64,000 nucleotides of DNA from Magallana gigas (GCF_963853765.1 NC_088860.1:12958001-13022000), one strand, 5' to 3'. Positions 38,738 to 52,700 are shown, numbered from the stretch's first letter. Program-made: numbers and translations. Notes: generated by a model from the letters alone, not told the origin.

Positions 38738-40457
38738 AGGGACTTGGACACGATTTGAGATCAAAAATTTTATTTTATATTTTTTGTGTATAAAATGATT
38801 TACTGGTGCATTTTAAATGATGGACCAAAATATTGAATGTTAAAGTCAAGTTACAAGCGAGATACAGAGGTAAGAATTGATTGTTATGTAAACAAAGCTA
38901 GAGTTTTATAGTTGTTTTCAAAAAATGTAATGTAGAGAATTACCATTTCTAAGACAAAATGACACGTAAAAACAATTTAATCTAATTCAATATCTTCATA
39001 AGTACTATTATCACAAAAGAAAGTTAGATTTGATTGAAACTTACACCAATACAACACATATGTAAAACATGACAATATTCGAGCTTTGTTTACAAAACAG
39101 AAATTATGAAATCTGTACATTATGGTGTTCCGATGGGGCCACTTCGACCTTCGCACTTTCGCCTTAAGGTGCGACGGCGAAGGAGCGAAAGTGCGAAGAT
39201 GCAACGGCGAAGCGCAAAGATGCGAAGGCGAGAGTGCAAAGTTGCGATGGCGATAGTAGTATCGCTCCTTCGCCATCGCAACTTCGCACTCTTGCCTTCG
39301 CATCTTCGCGCGCGAAGTCGAGAGTGCGAAGTTGCGATGGCGAAGGAGCGGTACTACTATCGCTCCTTCGCCATCGCAACTTCGCACTTTCGCCTTCGCC
39401 TTTTTATAATTGTGGAGCTCTCCATCGTTTAAAGAATTTTAGCTGTATAAAAGGACATCTGAGGCAGACGATGAACTTTTTAGAATTTATTCTCAACAGC
39501 CTGCGCAGATCTATGACTTTTTCCGGGGGGGGGGGGGGGGGGGGGTCGATGGATAATTACATTTGTTGGGGGGGGGGGGGGGTTCCGAGACATATTTTGG
39601 AGATTTTATTATGTATAATTAATAAAATTAAATTTTCCGGGGGGATGGGATCCGGACCCTCTTTCCCCCTTTAATGCATGTGTGAAGTTATTAATATTAA
39701 ATTTTCCGGGGGTCGGACCCCCTCTCCCCCTCTAGATCCATACATGAGGAAGGAGTGTTGCATAATGAAATTAGAATGTTATTGTATTTGATCCAAGGTA
39801 AACAGACAGCTGTTAAGTGACAGGAGTCTGGAGGTGCATATGTATACGTTATGGCGGACATTACATTTTATATGGAGTATATAATGATTAGGCATAGCCA
39901 GCACTGGTAAACATATATGTCACATATACACATTAAAATATTTATAAACATTCATAGTAAGCACAATGGCCTAGCGCATGCATACCAATAATATCATGGA
40001 TTAATCGGAAAACCTTGGCGAGTACGGTGCCTGCATCAAATTCTATGTAATCTACCGAGACTTTCTGAATGCTATCAAAAAAGGCGAGGGCGAGAGTGCG
40101 AAGTTGCGAAGGCGAAGGAGCGATAATAGTATCGCTCCTTCGCCTTCGCACCTTCGCACTTTCGCTATCGCATCTTCGCGCTTCGCCGTCGCATCTTCGC
40201 ACTTTCGCTCCTTCGCCGTCGCACTCTCGCACTTTCGCCTTCACAACTTCCAATCTCGCATCTTCGACCTAAAGGCGAAAGTGCGAAGGTCGAAGTGGCC
40301 CCATCGGAACACCATAGTACATGTATCTTGCTTATAACTTGCTATTTGACTTTCAAATTTGGCCATAGCATTATAATCCTCTATATTTATCATTATAAAC
40401 ATTGAAATTGGAAAAATAAAATTTGAAAAATTCAAGTCAAATCGTGTCTAAGTCCCT
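38738..40457. mobile_element. Kolobok-type non-autonomous element (TTAA target), interrupted by a nested insertion
   Basis: TTAA|AGGGACTTGGACACGATTTGA ... TCAAATCGTGTCTAAGTCCCT|TTAA. TTAA duplication at 38734-37 and 40458-61, purine-purine termini, and further degenerate inverted similarity inward. Confidence 0.75.
39121..40316. mobile_element. IS3EU-like non-autonomous element with GC-rich minisatellite arms
   Basis: Perfect >40-bp TIR TATGGTGTTCCGATGGGGCCACTTCGACCTTCGCACTTTCGCC. 6-bp TSD GTACAT at 39115-20 and 40317-22. Arms are built of CTTCGCC/GCGAAGG units. TAY...RTA termini with a 6-bp TSD is the recalled IS3EU signature. Confidence 0.7.
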
Positions 40458-40664
40458 TTAAGTTATTAGAAATGGCAACTGATATTTAATAATTCTGACT
40501 CAATATGAACAAAGATGAGCGACCCCTCATAATACATGTTCGTAGTATAATTGCATCATCGGTTTAGTTGATTGCATAATCTGACATGTACATGTAAGAC
40601 AACAATATACGGAACAGAAAAGGGGAGGTGCTTGTCATCTGCGTTGAGCCGTCATGAAAAACTA

Positions 40665-41241
40665 TAGCTGTAGGACTGTAGCTCCCGGTCTGAAAAATTC
40701 GGATGGACGACCTGGGAGCTACAGTGCCTCCCATAGTAAAAAACTGCAATTTACTGCGCACAAAAAAATGTGCTAGTTTAGGACCGATTAATCTCGTTTA
40801 CGATCATATTCTGTACAAATATTTGATCCCAAAAAATTCCTCGGACATTTTACTACAGATATCGTCACTTCACTTGCCTCTGATATTCTTTTAAACACCA
40901 TCAGCAGCCCTTTAAATCAAAGTGGTGCAAGTTTGTTTACATTTAAAAATGGCGACTCTCGATCTCGACGTAAATTAACATACTTCATTTTCCGAGGTCG
41001 GTTATCATTTTTAAGAGAAAGTCTGAGGCAAGTAAAGTGACGATATCAGTAGTAAATTGGCTGAAGAAATTAATGGTACTAATTCTTTTTACAGAATTTG
41101 TGTGAAAATAAGGTTAATAAGTCCAAAACTAGCGCAATTTTTTGTGCGTCGTAAATTGCAGATTTTTCCTATGGTAGGCACTGTAGCTCCCAGGTCGTCC
41201 ATCCGAATTTTTTCAGACCGGGAGCTACAGTCTTGCAGCTA
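40665..41241. mobile_element. Mutator (MULE)-type MITE, near-complete foldback
   Basis: TIR TAGCTG(T/C)A(G/A)GACTGTAGCTCCCGGTCTGAAAAA..., with inverted similarity extending >150 bp plus a further inner IR. 9-bp TSD GAAAAACTA at 40656-64 and 41242-50. Confidence 0.8.
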
Positions 41242-42834
41242 GAAAAACTAAACCTTTCAATTTTCCGCCGAATGGTGATAAGTAGTTGGCGTTTTTGTAT
41301 TTTTTCTTTTTAAGATTTTTTTTCATAATATATTTCATAAGTATTTTTTTTAAGTTAATCATGGAAATAAACTTTTCTTAAATTAAAGTAAACATGCAGC
41401 ATTATTTTTGGAGGCAGTTTCTGTTGAAATAAACTATAGCTGATTACTTGTGGTTGCTGTAAGAGGTTTATTTGATAAACTAAAATTCGTGTTCTTGGTG
41501 GAGAAGTGGGAACATTTCCCTTCCCACTCAGGCTAATCTTTCCTTGATCTAAACAAGATGGAAGGACATTCACACTTTAAATTTGCCGCACAGGGCGATC
41601 AAAACTTAATGTTCACACTGATGAGCAGCTTTCAGCGTTTATTTTCGATCATTATCAACATTATCATCAGCGTTGAGCAATAAACTGGTAGTAACTTATT
41701 TTTTATACAAATATTTCTCTCTATTAGGCCTGTCGATGATTTTAATCACTTCACTTAATTAATCGTTGCCTTTTGCAATTGATTTATGAATATAAAGCAA
41801 ATCAATATATTTATCGCATTTTTATTACTATTTGAACCGACCGATAGATTTAGTGTTCTGTGTAAATTACGAGACAACAACCAAAACAAAAACAACAAAA
41901 TAAAGAAGAACACAAGAACAAAAACAAACTTTAAAACACAATGAATAAGAAGATCAAATTCGAATGATTTAACTACAAATAAAATGCACTTACCGTTCTG
42001 GAGATTGTTGTCTCTACTTAATGCCGATCTAACACAGAAGCCATTTGGTGGATATAACTCTAGATCTGGTATTAGTGATGATTTTTATTGGCATCGATTG
42101 ATACAGTCTTCTTTCCTTCGTCCTATCCCAATCAAAATCTCTTTAGAGCCATTATCTCCTAACACTCTCTTTGATAATAGGTTTCTTCTTATTTAAGTTC
42201 TTCCTGCGGACCTAGTGTTACTGACATCAGATGCTCTTACCCATTGGAAGAGAGGAGTTCAGTGAGGATTAGTTTGCATTGGCTAAAGCCATCAATAATA
42301 GCCTTACCGATTCTAGCTTACGCCTGCGGCAGGTGATCGTGAGTTTCTGTCACTATTTCGCTGGTGGAATTATAAAATTACTCTATTATTGGAAGATTTT
42401 CCTTCATTAATATTCATTCTAATATTGTATAAAGCTTCATGTTGTATAAATACACTGAAGTCGGAAAAAGGACTATTCGAACTCATAAACCTCATTAAAA
42501 ACACACTGTGTTTTTAATGAAATTTGCACAGTCACTTGAAGTGTATAATGGAATTTATTACATAGAAAATATATTTTTTAAGAAACTGTGGAGGTAATCT
42601 TATATAATAGGAGCCTTTAGTAACGTGTGTATAAGTGGTTGTAGCAACAACTTTTGGCTATAGTTGTGATCTTCAATGGCAACTAAACTGAATACTGACC
42701 TTTGACCTCTTATATGTTCTCTTTATTTCAATTACAATAACAATGTTATAAACTTTATACAATAAATTAGAAGGAATTTTACTCCCCCCCCCCCCCCAAA
42801 AAAAAAAATTAAAACTGAAATTTAAAAGAAAAAA

Positions 42835-43664
42835 CTAGACTTTGACCCGTGCGTGCACGGGTTGACATAAATGATATCGGACATTTACGAAATAGATACA
42901 TTAAATTGACACACCGTATTGTTAATATTTACATAACCAAGCTTTTAGCCTACTATAATGCTATTAATTTCACTACACTCTGCTTAGTTAGAATAATCAA
43001 ACTGTCTTAAGACAAGCCTTCACCACGGTTAAAACGCCTCCCATACATCCATAATGAAGCAAAAAATTGCAGAATCGCTCCGAAACGATTTTGGAGAACA
43101 TTAATGAAGCTGCATTTAAAATAACAGTCAAATTATTCATAACAAACCATTTTGAGGCTGTCAATACCTTTCATCTAAAAATTTAACTCATATTGATGAA
43201 GAATGAAACACTTTTTTACCAAAGTTTTTTAATTGCTTCAAATTAACACACCAGGTTGACACTCAGAACTCTCGGGATTTTTCATATTTAATGCACTGAG
43301 ATAGAGTTATCTCCCGTATTTTCTTTAATGAACAGAATATATAGCAAATTTCCATTGAAAATTTACACGTATTTCTATTATCGTTTCTAAACATACACTA
43401 AAGAGCCTCCCGTGATTTAGCGAGAATGTAATGCGCATGCTCAAGATAGTAAAATCCAAAAAATCCAGATGATTTCCGGATTTTTTAAAGGAATTTTCGC
43501 TGATTATTAATTAGCGAAGCTTGATTGAGAAAAAATAAAAACAAATTGGCAATCTTCAAGTACCAATGATGTTTAGAATATATGAAACAAAAGACAGTAC
43601 TCCTCCGATTTCTCGGTAATAGAGCCGAAAAATTGAGTCTTATTTTAATAGTAGTATAGATAGA
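42835..43664 (-). mobile_element. Non-autonomous Helitron
   Basis: On the minus strand the 5' end is A|TCTATCTATACTACTATTAAAA and the 3' end is the hairpin ACCCGTGC-AC-GCACGGGT followed by CAAAGTCTAG|T. This gives TC...CTAG termini and an A/T insertion site; the 5' boundary is +/-4 nt. Confidence 0.8.
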
Positions 43665-46600
43665 TAGAGTCATCAAGGTGAAAAGTAAAAAAAAAATGGC
43701 TATCAGTGTTGAACTATATTATTTAAATAAATGTGTTATCATCTAGAAACATATAGAAAAAAAGAAGATGTTAAATAACAGTGTCAAAAATATTGAATTA
43801 CAGTTTATAACATGTTATTTTGAACGTTTATAAAATCAACTGCAATAAAGAGGTGTCTTTTTTATGAGCTATTCGAAAATCTGAGAAACACGCCAAGCAT
43901 CTGTTTAATTCTAATAATTTAAAGCCAATTTTGGAAAAAAGCGACTCAGTGGTTGATATTACTCTAGATATTATGATACTTGGATGCTATGGGAAAAAAA
44001 TGAAAAATACTGCTTTAGTTTAAAAATTATAGTCTTTATCACATTTACAATGTACAGAGATATATGATAAGATGAAATGTAGATTGTTCGATGAGACAAT
44101 GTCATTCAGTATAAAAATGTAAACATTCAAGCGTATAAAGCACAGGCGTCATTTTCTATATGATAATAGTTCACCCTAGAGAATTATAATAACAGTGATG
44201 TTATTATTATGCTATGTGGTATTTACAGAGCAAGTACCTGTGTAAGAAAGCTAAGTACAATTAAATGTCTAAATACTAAAATTTGACCACTAAGTACCCT
44301 TTTCTCCAGCTCATATTTTGTAGAATATAATATCAATCCTCTTGCTTCAAACATTGCAATATCAATATGAGAATTTTAACAATAATTCTTCAGTTACTCC
44401 TGCAGATGACCATACATTTGTCGTGAGGAAAACTTGTTTTCAAATTAACTAAAATTAATTAATATATTTTTATTAGTCATGGACTCATTGGCAATTAAAA
44501 ATTGTTAATTAGTAAAAGACACATGTAGCTATGATAAAATAAAATAAATGATTAACAAACAGCAACACTATACTTATTAAGAAGTTACAAGCCATTTTTG
44601 TTAAATTAAATGATAAAAATCTATTCTAAATGTTAATATATGGTAAATATCTTTTTCATGTTATATACGTCATGTAGAATTTTTTTTTTCTAAAATTATT
44701 ACCTATACAAGCTAATATAAACTAACTATATAAGTAATCTATCAGAAAATTAAATTAACTTTCACTTCTAATCTGGAAGTTCGAAAAAACCTCATCACAA
44801 GATCACTATTGGAAAATATGACAAGAGGTGGGACTCTTGATATCCTCGGGATAGCCCAGTATAGCAAAGTCAGAATTCGATTTCATTGAACATGTTATAT
44901 ACTGTGACTCGGCTCTCAATGATATTCGTCTAATCTATCCTTAAATTGGTGCAATTATCAGAAGAATATGCCCAGGGCTTGACGAGTTTTGTATGATATC
45001 GGAAAAAAATGTTTTATGGCATAAAGCTTTATTTTTCTGCGGCATGTCCCTACTTAGCTCAAAACAAAATGAACCATGAGTCTTTGGGTTGTATCAGATA
45101 CATTAATTTTTAGATAAGGATAAAAATAAGAAGTTTAATATTGGGATTAAACATGTTTTATTGTAATCTAGTACAGTTGATAAGGCACATTTACGAAAAA
45201 AATTTAAATTTTTAAGAAAGTTCAATTCTTAGCAAAAAAGTAAGTTAAGATATGTCTGAAGTTGTTCTTAGATTAAGCCAATTCTTAGAAACATAATTTG
45301 GTAAGGATAATTTTAAGAACTGCATTTAGACTTAGACTTAAAAAATCTTTCTTGAGTCCTAAGTTCGCTGCATGAAAAGGTCTGCAGCAGCAGATATGCT
45401 TAAAAAAAGTCTTAAGATTCTTCTTTAAAATATTCCTAAGGCAATCTAAGACAATATTGATTAATGTCTATTCTAAGTCAAACTTAAACGTAAAATAAAA
45501 GCTGTACTAGAAATATTCTAAACTAAAATGTCATAAATCATTTTAGATATACATTTGTAGATACAACACTTAAAAGCAATTTTAAAAGATTCTAATAGTT
45601 GAATCAGTAAGATAAAGACGTTCAAATCAGAAAAAAAAGATCATTTACGTGTGTATAAAAAGTGAAATGAATATAATATTTTTGATAGATGCAATAAATA
45701 TTGATTGAAATACGTATCTTTTTAAACTAACTTGTTCTTGTATTTTATTTGATTACATTGTTTACATTCATAATCTTCAAATATAGCTTATATCTTGTAG
45801 TTCGTTTCAAACAAAAGTAGATCATTCACTTGTACATTTCATTACAAACGTTTACAAATATCTTAAAATCGCATTTAGACGTTTGAATACATACGCTGCA
45901 GTTATCAAAGTAAGCATGTTGGATATCGAGAAATATTTCTTTAGTGTATTCGTACTCACTCCTCCAGATTTTTTTCAATCAACGGACGTCCTAATAATCC
46001 TTCGGTTCAAGGATTAGAGAAAGAAACCTATTAAATCTTGCTGTCGTGTCAAACACATCACGATGTCGAAGCAATCCTTTGGTGCGGATTCCACATCAGA
46101 GACAAACCAAACAAAGTGATATAGCGCGGTTTAATTTAGTGGACTTCTTGATAAATGAGATTTCAATTACTTGGCAGCCAAAACAATATTCTACAGAGCA
46201 TGGCTAGCGATTCTCGCTGATTCTGTCCCTATACACTGATTATTGACGATGAATAGTGTCATTCATTGATCAGGATCCACGCATTCTACGCGAACTAGAA
46301 ATTGAGATCAAAATACTTCAGCCACCTGGGACATGGATCTCACCCCCCCCCCCCTCCCCCTTCATTGTTTTGAAAATAAAAAAAAACCTCTGGACTGAAA
46401 CACGATCTTTTCTTATTTTAATATATTAATATGCACAATTATTTATTTTTTAACACAAATGAAAGGAGGTGCTTAAATTCTTAATTTAAATGCTTAAATT
46501 AAACACCAAGGTTGCACAATACTAAGTGAAGCCACCATCATATCTGCCAGAAGTCTTGTTGTGGGATTAAGAAGACAAGCTACCAATCACCCACTTGAGG

Positions 46601-47361
46601 TCTTCTGTAGGAAATAATTACTTATACGTAACATCTATACTGCCTCTTCTCGATTAACAATAAAGCAACCGCTGTTACACGATCTGTGACTTATAAGTGA
46701 CACACTATTCACCGAAGTCATTGAAATTGACCTACATGCATTATCCACTTCAGATATTACATCATAAATTAAAGCGTTATATGCTAGTTTATCTACTTAA
46801 ATTCGAAGTACCTTAGATACGATGATTGAACTGTTGTGGTTTATATGGTAGCATGACACATACCTAGTCTAGGAGAAAAAGCGTGCTGTGTAACAATAAT
46901 ATTCAATTACGTTGACAAACCTTTGGTCTTTTTTTCAACACAATATTTCTTTGGGTCATGCTTTTATTCATTTTCAAACTTAAAGGTTATTGGTACACAT
47001 ATACTAGACAAACATAAAAATACATGTAATATATATTCAACATTTAAAATTATTTATTTGCATGCAGTGCCATGAGACGTTTGCTAGTGTAAGGTATGCC
47101 TTATATTTACAATCATGATGTTTTTGTTCTGATTACAAAACATATTCATTAAAAATGTTTATCGACGTTTGGAAAATTCATTAGTGATGGTGTTTTTGTT
47201 GGGTTTTTTTTTGTTTTTTGTTTTGTTTTGTTTTGGGTTTTTTTTTGGGGGGGGGGGGGGTTTTGGTTTTGTTTGTGTTTTTTTTTAATTTATAATTTAT
47301 AATTTATTATTTTTTAAACATTTCCTGGATACGTAAGCCTGTTCTACATTAAGGCTTAATT

Positions 47362-47515
47362 NNNNNNNNNNNNNNNNNNNNNNNNNNNNNNNNNNNNNNN
47401 NNNNNNNNNNNNNNNNNNNNNNNNNNNNNNNNNNNNNNNNNNNNNNNNNNNNNNNNNNNNNNNNNNNNNNNNNNNNNNNNNNNNNNNNNNNNNNNNNNNN
47501 NNNNNNNNNNNNNNN
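47362..47515. other. Assembly gap (154 N)
   Basis: Run of N, preceded by a T/G low-complexity tract. Confidence 0.99.
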
Positions 47516-47720
47516 AAGAGTAAACGTACATGTAATAGTTAATCATTCACGAAGCCGTAAAATGAAGATCATATTATTTTGTTTTTGTGATCCCTTGTCG
47601 TCGAATTATTGGTCCTCGACACACCGTGACATTGAATTTTTATGACATTACGTAATAACATGGCAATTTCAATTCATTGTAAAACTGTAATTGTCACTAA
47701 AATTGGGTGTGTATCTTTAT

Positions 47721-47781
47721 AGAACTGTGGTTATAACTTCGGTCTACTACCCCACAGGTCCCGAGTTCAAATATAACAGGT
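47721..47781 (+). other. Degenerate tRNA-like (SINE head-like) sequence
   Basis: A-box-like TGTGGTTATAAC and B-box-like GAGTTCAAAT at tRNA-like spacing. No full cloverleaf can be drawn. Confidence 0.3.
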
Positions 47782-48423
47782 ACTTTTGTTTTTAAAATTA
47801 GAATTTTCCCCGAACTTGAACATTATTTTCCTGTCATTTTCAAGTCAAATGCATTCATGAATCTTTAAGGAATACAAACATTTACAGAGGGTGTTGAGGA
47901 CCCTTAAAACAACCTTTCAAACGGTATAATTAAATTTATTGATCTAATATTTACATCGACATTGATTTATCTTAAAGAATAATACAATGTTTTTCCTTTG
48001 ATTTAAATCTTTAACATAATATAAATAGCACAACCACAATAATCAATTTTGTTTAAATATATACATAGCATAGATCTATGCTTCATTCATTTTATTTTAT
48101 TTTCACGTATTGTTACAATCATTATAGTTCCTGATATGTACCTTGCATTGCCAGAAAATTTACTTATTCTGACTGGAAACGGTACTTTGTCTTACTTAAT
48201 GTGCATATCGAACACTCGTGCAGTTCCCATAGAGTGCTCAATGCTTTCTAAACATAATAGCCCAATCACTCTCATCCAAACTTTAGTAAACAGGCGATGA
48301 TTTATCCAGATAGGTTACACCCTGTTATGATATTTCGCTTTTTCCCCATGATTAAATATTCTAAACTTTCATTTCATTCTAGAATTTATCATTTGTATTA
48401 TATATAAATTCATATTCCATTTA

Positions 48424-49782
48424 TATTCCATTTGCATTGAATAAATTTTGTATTGTGTAAATGTTATAATCATTTGTATTGTATAAATTCTATTTGTATT
48501 GTATATTTTTCATTTGTGCTGTAAACTATTTTATGTGTATTGTAAACTAATTAATTTGTATTGCATGATTATCATTTGTATTGTATCTTAAGGATTGTTT
48601 ATTTTGGTCTTTAACGAAGGATTTCATTGGTTATATAAAACCTTAATCGAATTGGGTAGTGCTAAGGTGTTTAGATGGTTTACATAAATTCATCTGTCTT
48701 AGCTTCTTTGACCGATTTTTATATACTACGATATTTTTCGGTAGATCAATTCTAATAGAAGTAACTGCTGTGAATGGACCGACAGTTTTTTGAACGATGC
48801 TTTATCCATTAGACAATAATAAGAAAATAAGAAATGTCCGATAACTCTTGATTGTAATAGTGCCATTCTGCATTCACGTCTGGAAATCTGTTATAATATA
48901 CTGTGGAATCATTATATTTATTGGAGGTTAAATTTTTGTAGATATTGTGGGTAACTCTCATCCACGAATAAACATCCTCCACGAATAAATAAATGATGAC
49001 TGAAAATCATATTTCTTAATGTAGGTTTATGAGAATAACAAAAGTACGTCGCAATCAACATGTAAAATTTAAACAATCCACGAAAATTGGCCCCCATGAA
49101 TTTTTATAATTCCACAGTGTTCATTGTATATTAGATTAACAAGCAAAATTTCAAATGATGACAATACTTAAATAGGAAAACTAATAAGACACTCAAAAGT
49201 TTAAACAAAAATATGTACACAGATCATATGCAGCATGCAGATTAATATTTGATTGTTTTTAAAACATGCCAATTAGCGTAATAACACTTCATCTTCGAAA
49301 ACCCTTCCGGGTGTAAAAGAGGCGATACCGACTGTGAGTTTCCGACGACGCTTAAATTAGCTACAACAATTGAAATAAAATTACGCCCGGAGACATCTAA
49401 GTATGATTAACCTATCCAAAAAAGGCTAAGCCAGATTCTACACACCTTACCAATACCCAGTCCATAAAGGATAATAGCAAATCAAAGAATTCCTTTCGAA
49501 ACAAATGAAAATAAACAATCTTTATGATACAAAACAAATGAAAATTTCTGCAATACAAATAAATACGTGTAGACTACAAATGAAATTTAAAAAAAACACA
49601 AATAAAATTTACACAATACAAATGAAAAATTACACAAAAGTTATACAATACAAATTAAACTTATACAATGCAAATTGAAAATTATGGAATACAAATAAAA
49701 ATTATACAATGCAAAAAAAAGTTTTTAGAATACAAATAGAAAATTATACAATACAAACGACAATTTATGCAATACAAATGGA
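48424..49782. repeat. Foldback-like element with inverted AT-rich minisatellite arms
   Basis: Left arm repeats ATTTGTATTG (48430-48590) and right arm repeats CAATACAAAT (49500-49780). The ends TTCCATTTGCATTGAATAAATT and AATTTATGCAATACAAATGGAG are near-complementary. Boundaries approximate. Confidence 0.55.
48901..49117. mobile_element. Tc1/mariner-type MITE nested in the foldback element
   Basis: TA|CTGTGGAAT ... ATTCCACAG|TG termini with repeated CCACGAA motifs. The right TA target is mutated. Confidence 0.6.
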
Positions 49783-52700
49783 GAGGATCGAATATTTCAA
49801 CGTTTGACAAATCATATTAGGTGATTTTTGAAATAGTTTTAATGTGTTTATTTTAAAGGTTACTCATAGGAACTTTCCGTACATCAGCTGTAATTTTTCT
49901 CCTTAGCGCATTTTAACCTATCTTATATAACGTGTGCCTGGAATGCTATTATAAGGTGGTTGTGTAGCTATTAGAGTGATAATAGAAATTAGAAACTAAT
50001 AAGGTAGTCGTCAAAGATTGAAGAAAAAAAATAATGCATTTTATATCTTTTTTTAAATGATGACTACATGTCTGCTTTTCAATAAGTTACCATTTATAAA
50101 GTTTATTTTGCAACATTTTAACAAAATCTGTAGCATGCTATCAAAAACGGTGCGCTCTTTGTACCGTTATCCATATGCCGGTTTAGTACTTTCCTGTGAG
50201 GGCAAACTCTCCTGTTCCGCTACACCACAACTCAAACACCATCAAAGGATTTACCACATCCCCTCAAAACCAAACCAATACCGAACCTTCTATTTAACCA
50301 GCATATAATACGTCACTTCATTGTGTAACAGGGATCATTGTACTTTTGACCAGTCCTGTTTTAAAAATTGCACGAGTTACTGTTCATCATTTACTTCCGT
50401 TTCGTCGGTTGTACATGCAGTTGCTATCCAATCATTTCTTAGCAAGAAAAGAACCAAACATTTTGTTACTCTTTATCACCGACAAGGACAAATAAAAATG
50501 TTATTATACGTAAAAGGTTTCAATTGGTCAAAGTCATCTGTTTGTTTCAACATGAAGAAAGGGTTAGGTGGTAGGGGACAGTATTTGATATAATTCACTG
50601 CCAAGGGATGATTGTCTTTTAAATATATTTTTATGGTATATTTAAATTTCTTTCTCAAACTGTTGAAGTTAGTCTACACTAAGTTTTGGTATTGTTAGGA
50701 TGAAGTGGTTAAGTTTTGGTATTATCAGTGTTTTAATCACAATCAATCTTCCAAATGTTGCAAGATTTCTTAATTTCCATTGCTTTATCAAACTGCTTAC
50801 CTCTGAAAATTTTGATGGGTAATTTCATTCAAATTAACAGAAAAATGTATACCAAGTAAATCAAAAGTGGGATTGTTCCAATCGAGCTTCCATCGCGAGT
50901 GGTGAAAAACTTCTTTTGAAAATTTCTTACTTCCGATCCATACCATTTTAGTGTTAGAGAAATTAACTTTTAGACCATATATGCATGCAAAATAATCAAG
51001 TTCCCTTCAAATACCACCCATAGACTGAGGTGATCCATCAAATATTATTTTCGAAACTTTGTAACTAGATATTCCTCCGTTCCCATTCAGCTTAAATACA
51101 CGTACCTTAAATTCACTCCGTATAAAGCCAATCACCAATTCCTGAGGAAAATTAATAGTCATAATGTGTAAAATATTCTACATGGTGGTTTTCCTGAGAT
51201 TTCGTTTTTTCACATTTAGCCCGTTTTTCATGATTTTTCGGCTTTTTAGACTTTCCACAGCTAATTCCCTGCAAAGGGTTGACCTAACGTACCATGTGCA
51301 TGTCGGAAACTTACCGGTGTACAGTTTACTATGTCCCATCCATCGACTTTTCGTGCTTTTTTTCCCTACCGTCTGTAACCTGCAATTTTAATGTGTAAAG
51401 TCAAACAACACTAGGGGCCTATATAATGCATATTATCTTCAACATCCCTTTAACTAATGATAATCTTTAAAAACCATTTCATGAATTTTAGCAACACTTA
51501 TAAGCCTTCAGGAACACAAACTCTTAATTTAATAAAAATAATAGCTACCTTATATCAGTCCTTTTAAGAGAAAGAGAGAAAAAAAAATATATGGAGAACA
51601 AGCAAAAGAGCGTTGCTACTCTAGCTACTGCACTTGGAAACTTCTAGTTATATATTGATAGATATTTTGTTTCTTGTTTTAAAAGCTTTTAACAATTTAA
51701 TTTCTTTGAAATATATTTGCACTTATAATGATATCACTTTGTTATTGTCTTTTTTTTCATCAATCAAATAATATATTTAAACGCAGTTTACATGTAGAAG
51801 AAAAATCGAAAACAAATGATACTTTTAAACATGATAATCATCACACCAATCATTTTCGCAGGTTTTTTACATATACCATGGATATAGTTAATTACACAAT
51901 GTGCTTTGGTTGCCCAATAGTTGTAGTCAAGGACCTGTTTTTAAGAGGTGAATCAACAAAGATTATATAACGAATTAGAGGATTCACCACAGCAAATCAT
52001 GTCATCGTTTTTAACTTACAAGAGTATCAATTTTCATGTTAAATATGCATGCTTCCTTATAGAAAACAAATATGACATGAAAAGTGTTGAGGTCTTTTTT
52101 AATCATTGCGAATGCTTGTCAAAAACCAGAAACAGGAAGATTAATATTTTTTCAACGAAATTGTGACTAACAAATTTTTTTAAAGAGTTTTTTGACGGAA
52201 AAACTAAATAGAACACTAAAAAAATTGTTGCAAAGTCTATTTCGGTGAATGATGCATGAATATAACACGAATATGTTTAACTCAAATATGAATTCGGTTA
52301 TGATCTAACTAATTCTAATATAAATAGAAGCATACAATGAAAAATATAACATTTCTTTTAAGAAATTTATTTTTGTACGATTCTACTTTATTGATATTCA
52401 AATAAGAACAAATCTAATTCACTTCTTGCCACATACCATATCTGCCATCCCGCATTGCAACCGGAAGAGAAAATACCCGGACAACGGAAGAACTAACTTT
52501 ACATTCTTTCACTGACAGTCATAATGAAATGTGTCATATCATGGTTCGTCAAATAAAATCATTTCACAAAGTTAAACATGAATCTAACCCTGTTAATAAA
52601 AACAAGCTAACCATGTGCTGAAAAAAAATATTATTTCCTTGATATTTAGACAAAAGGACATTTCTCCCCTCTATAGGGATTTTCTAACCCAGAAAATGTA

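Noticed and set aside
38977-40337. Cluster of 70-146 aa Arg/Ser/Ala-rich ORFs on both strands
   Set aside because: They are translations of the CTTCGC minisatellite arms of the IS3EU-like element, with no domain motifs.
41993-42241. Minus-strand segment bounded by strong GTAAG donor sites
   Set aside because: All three frames contain stops. It could be a non-coding exon but is unsupported here.
45190-45385. CTTAAG-rich tract ending TTCGCTGCATGAAAAGGTC, like a Harbinger MITE
   Set aside because: Only one convincing terminus; no matching TIR or TSD was found.
50600-51455. Possible TTAA-ended element (CATCCCT|TTAA at ~51450)
   Set aside because: No matching left terminus could be identified.
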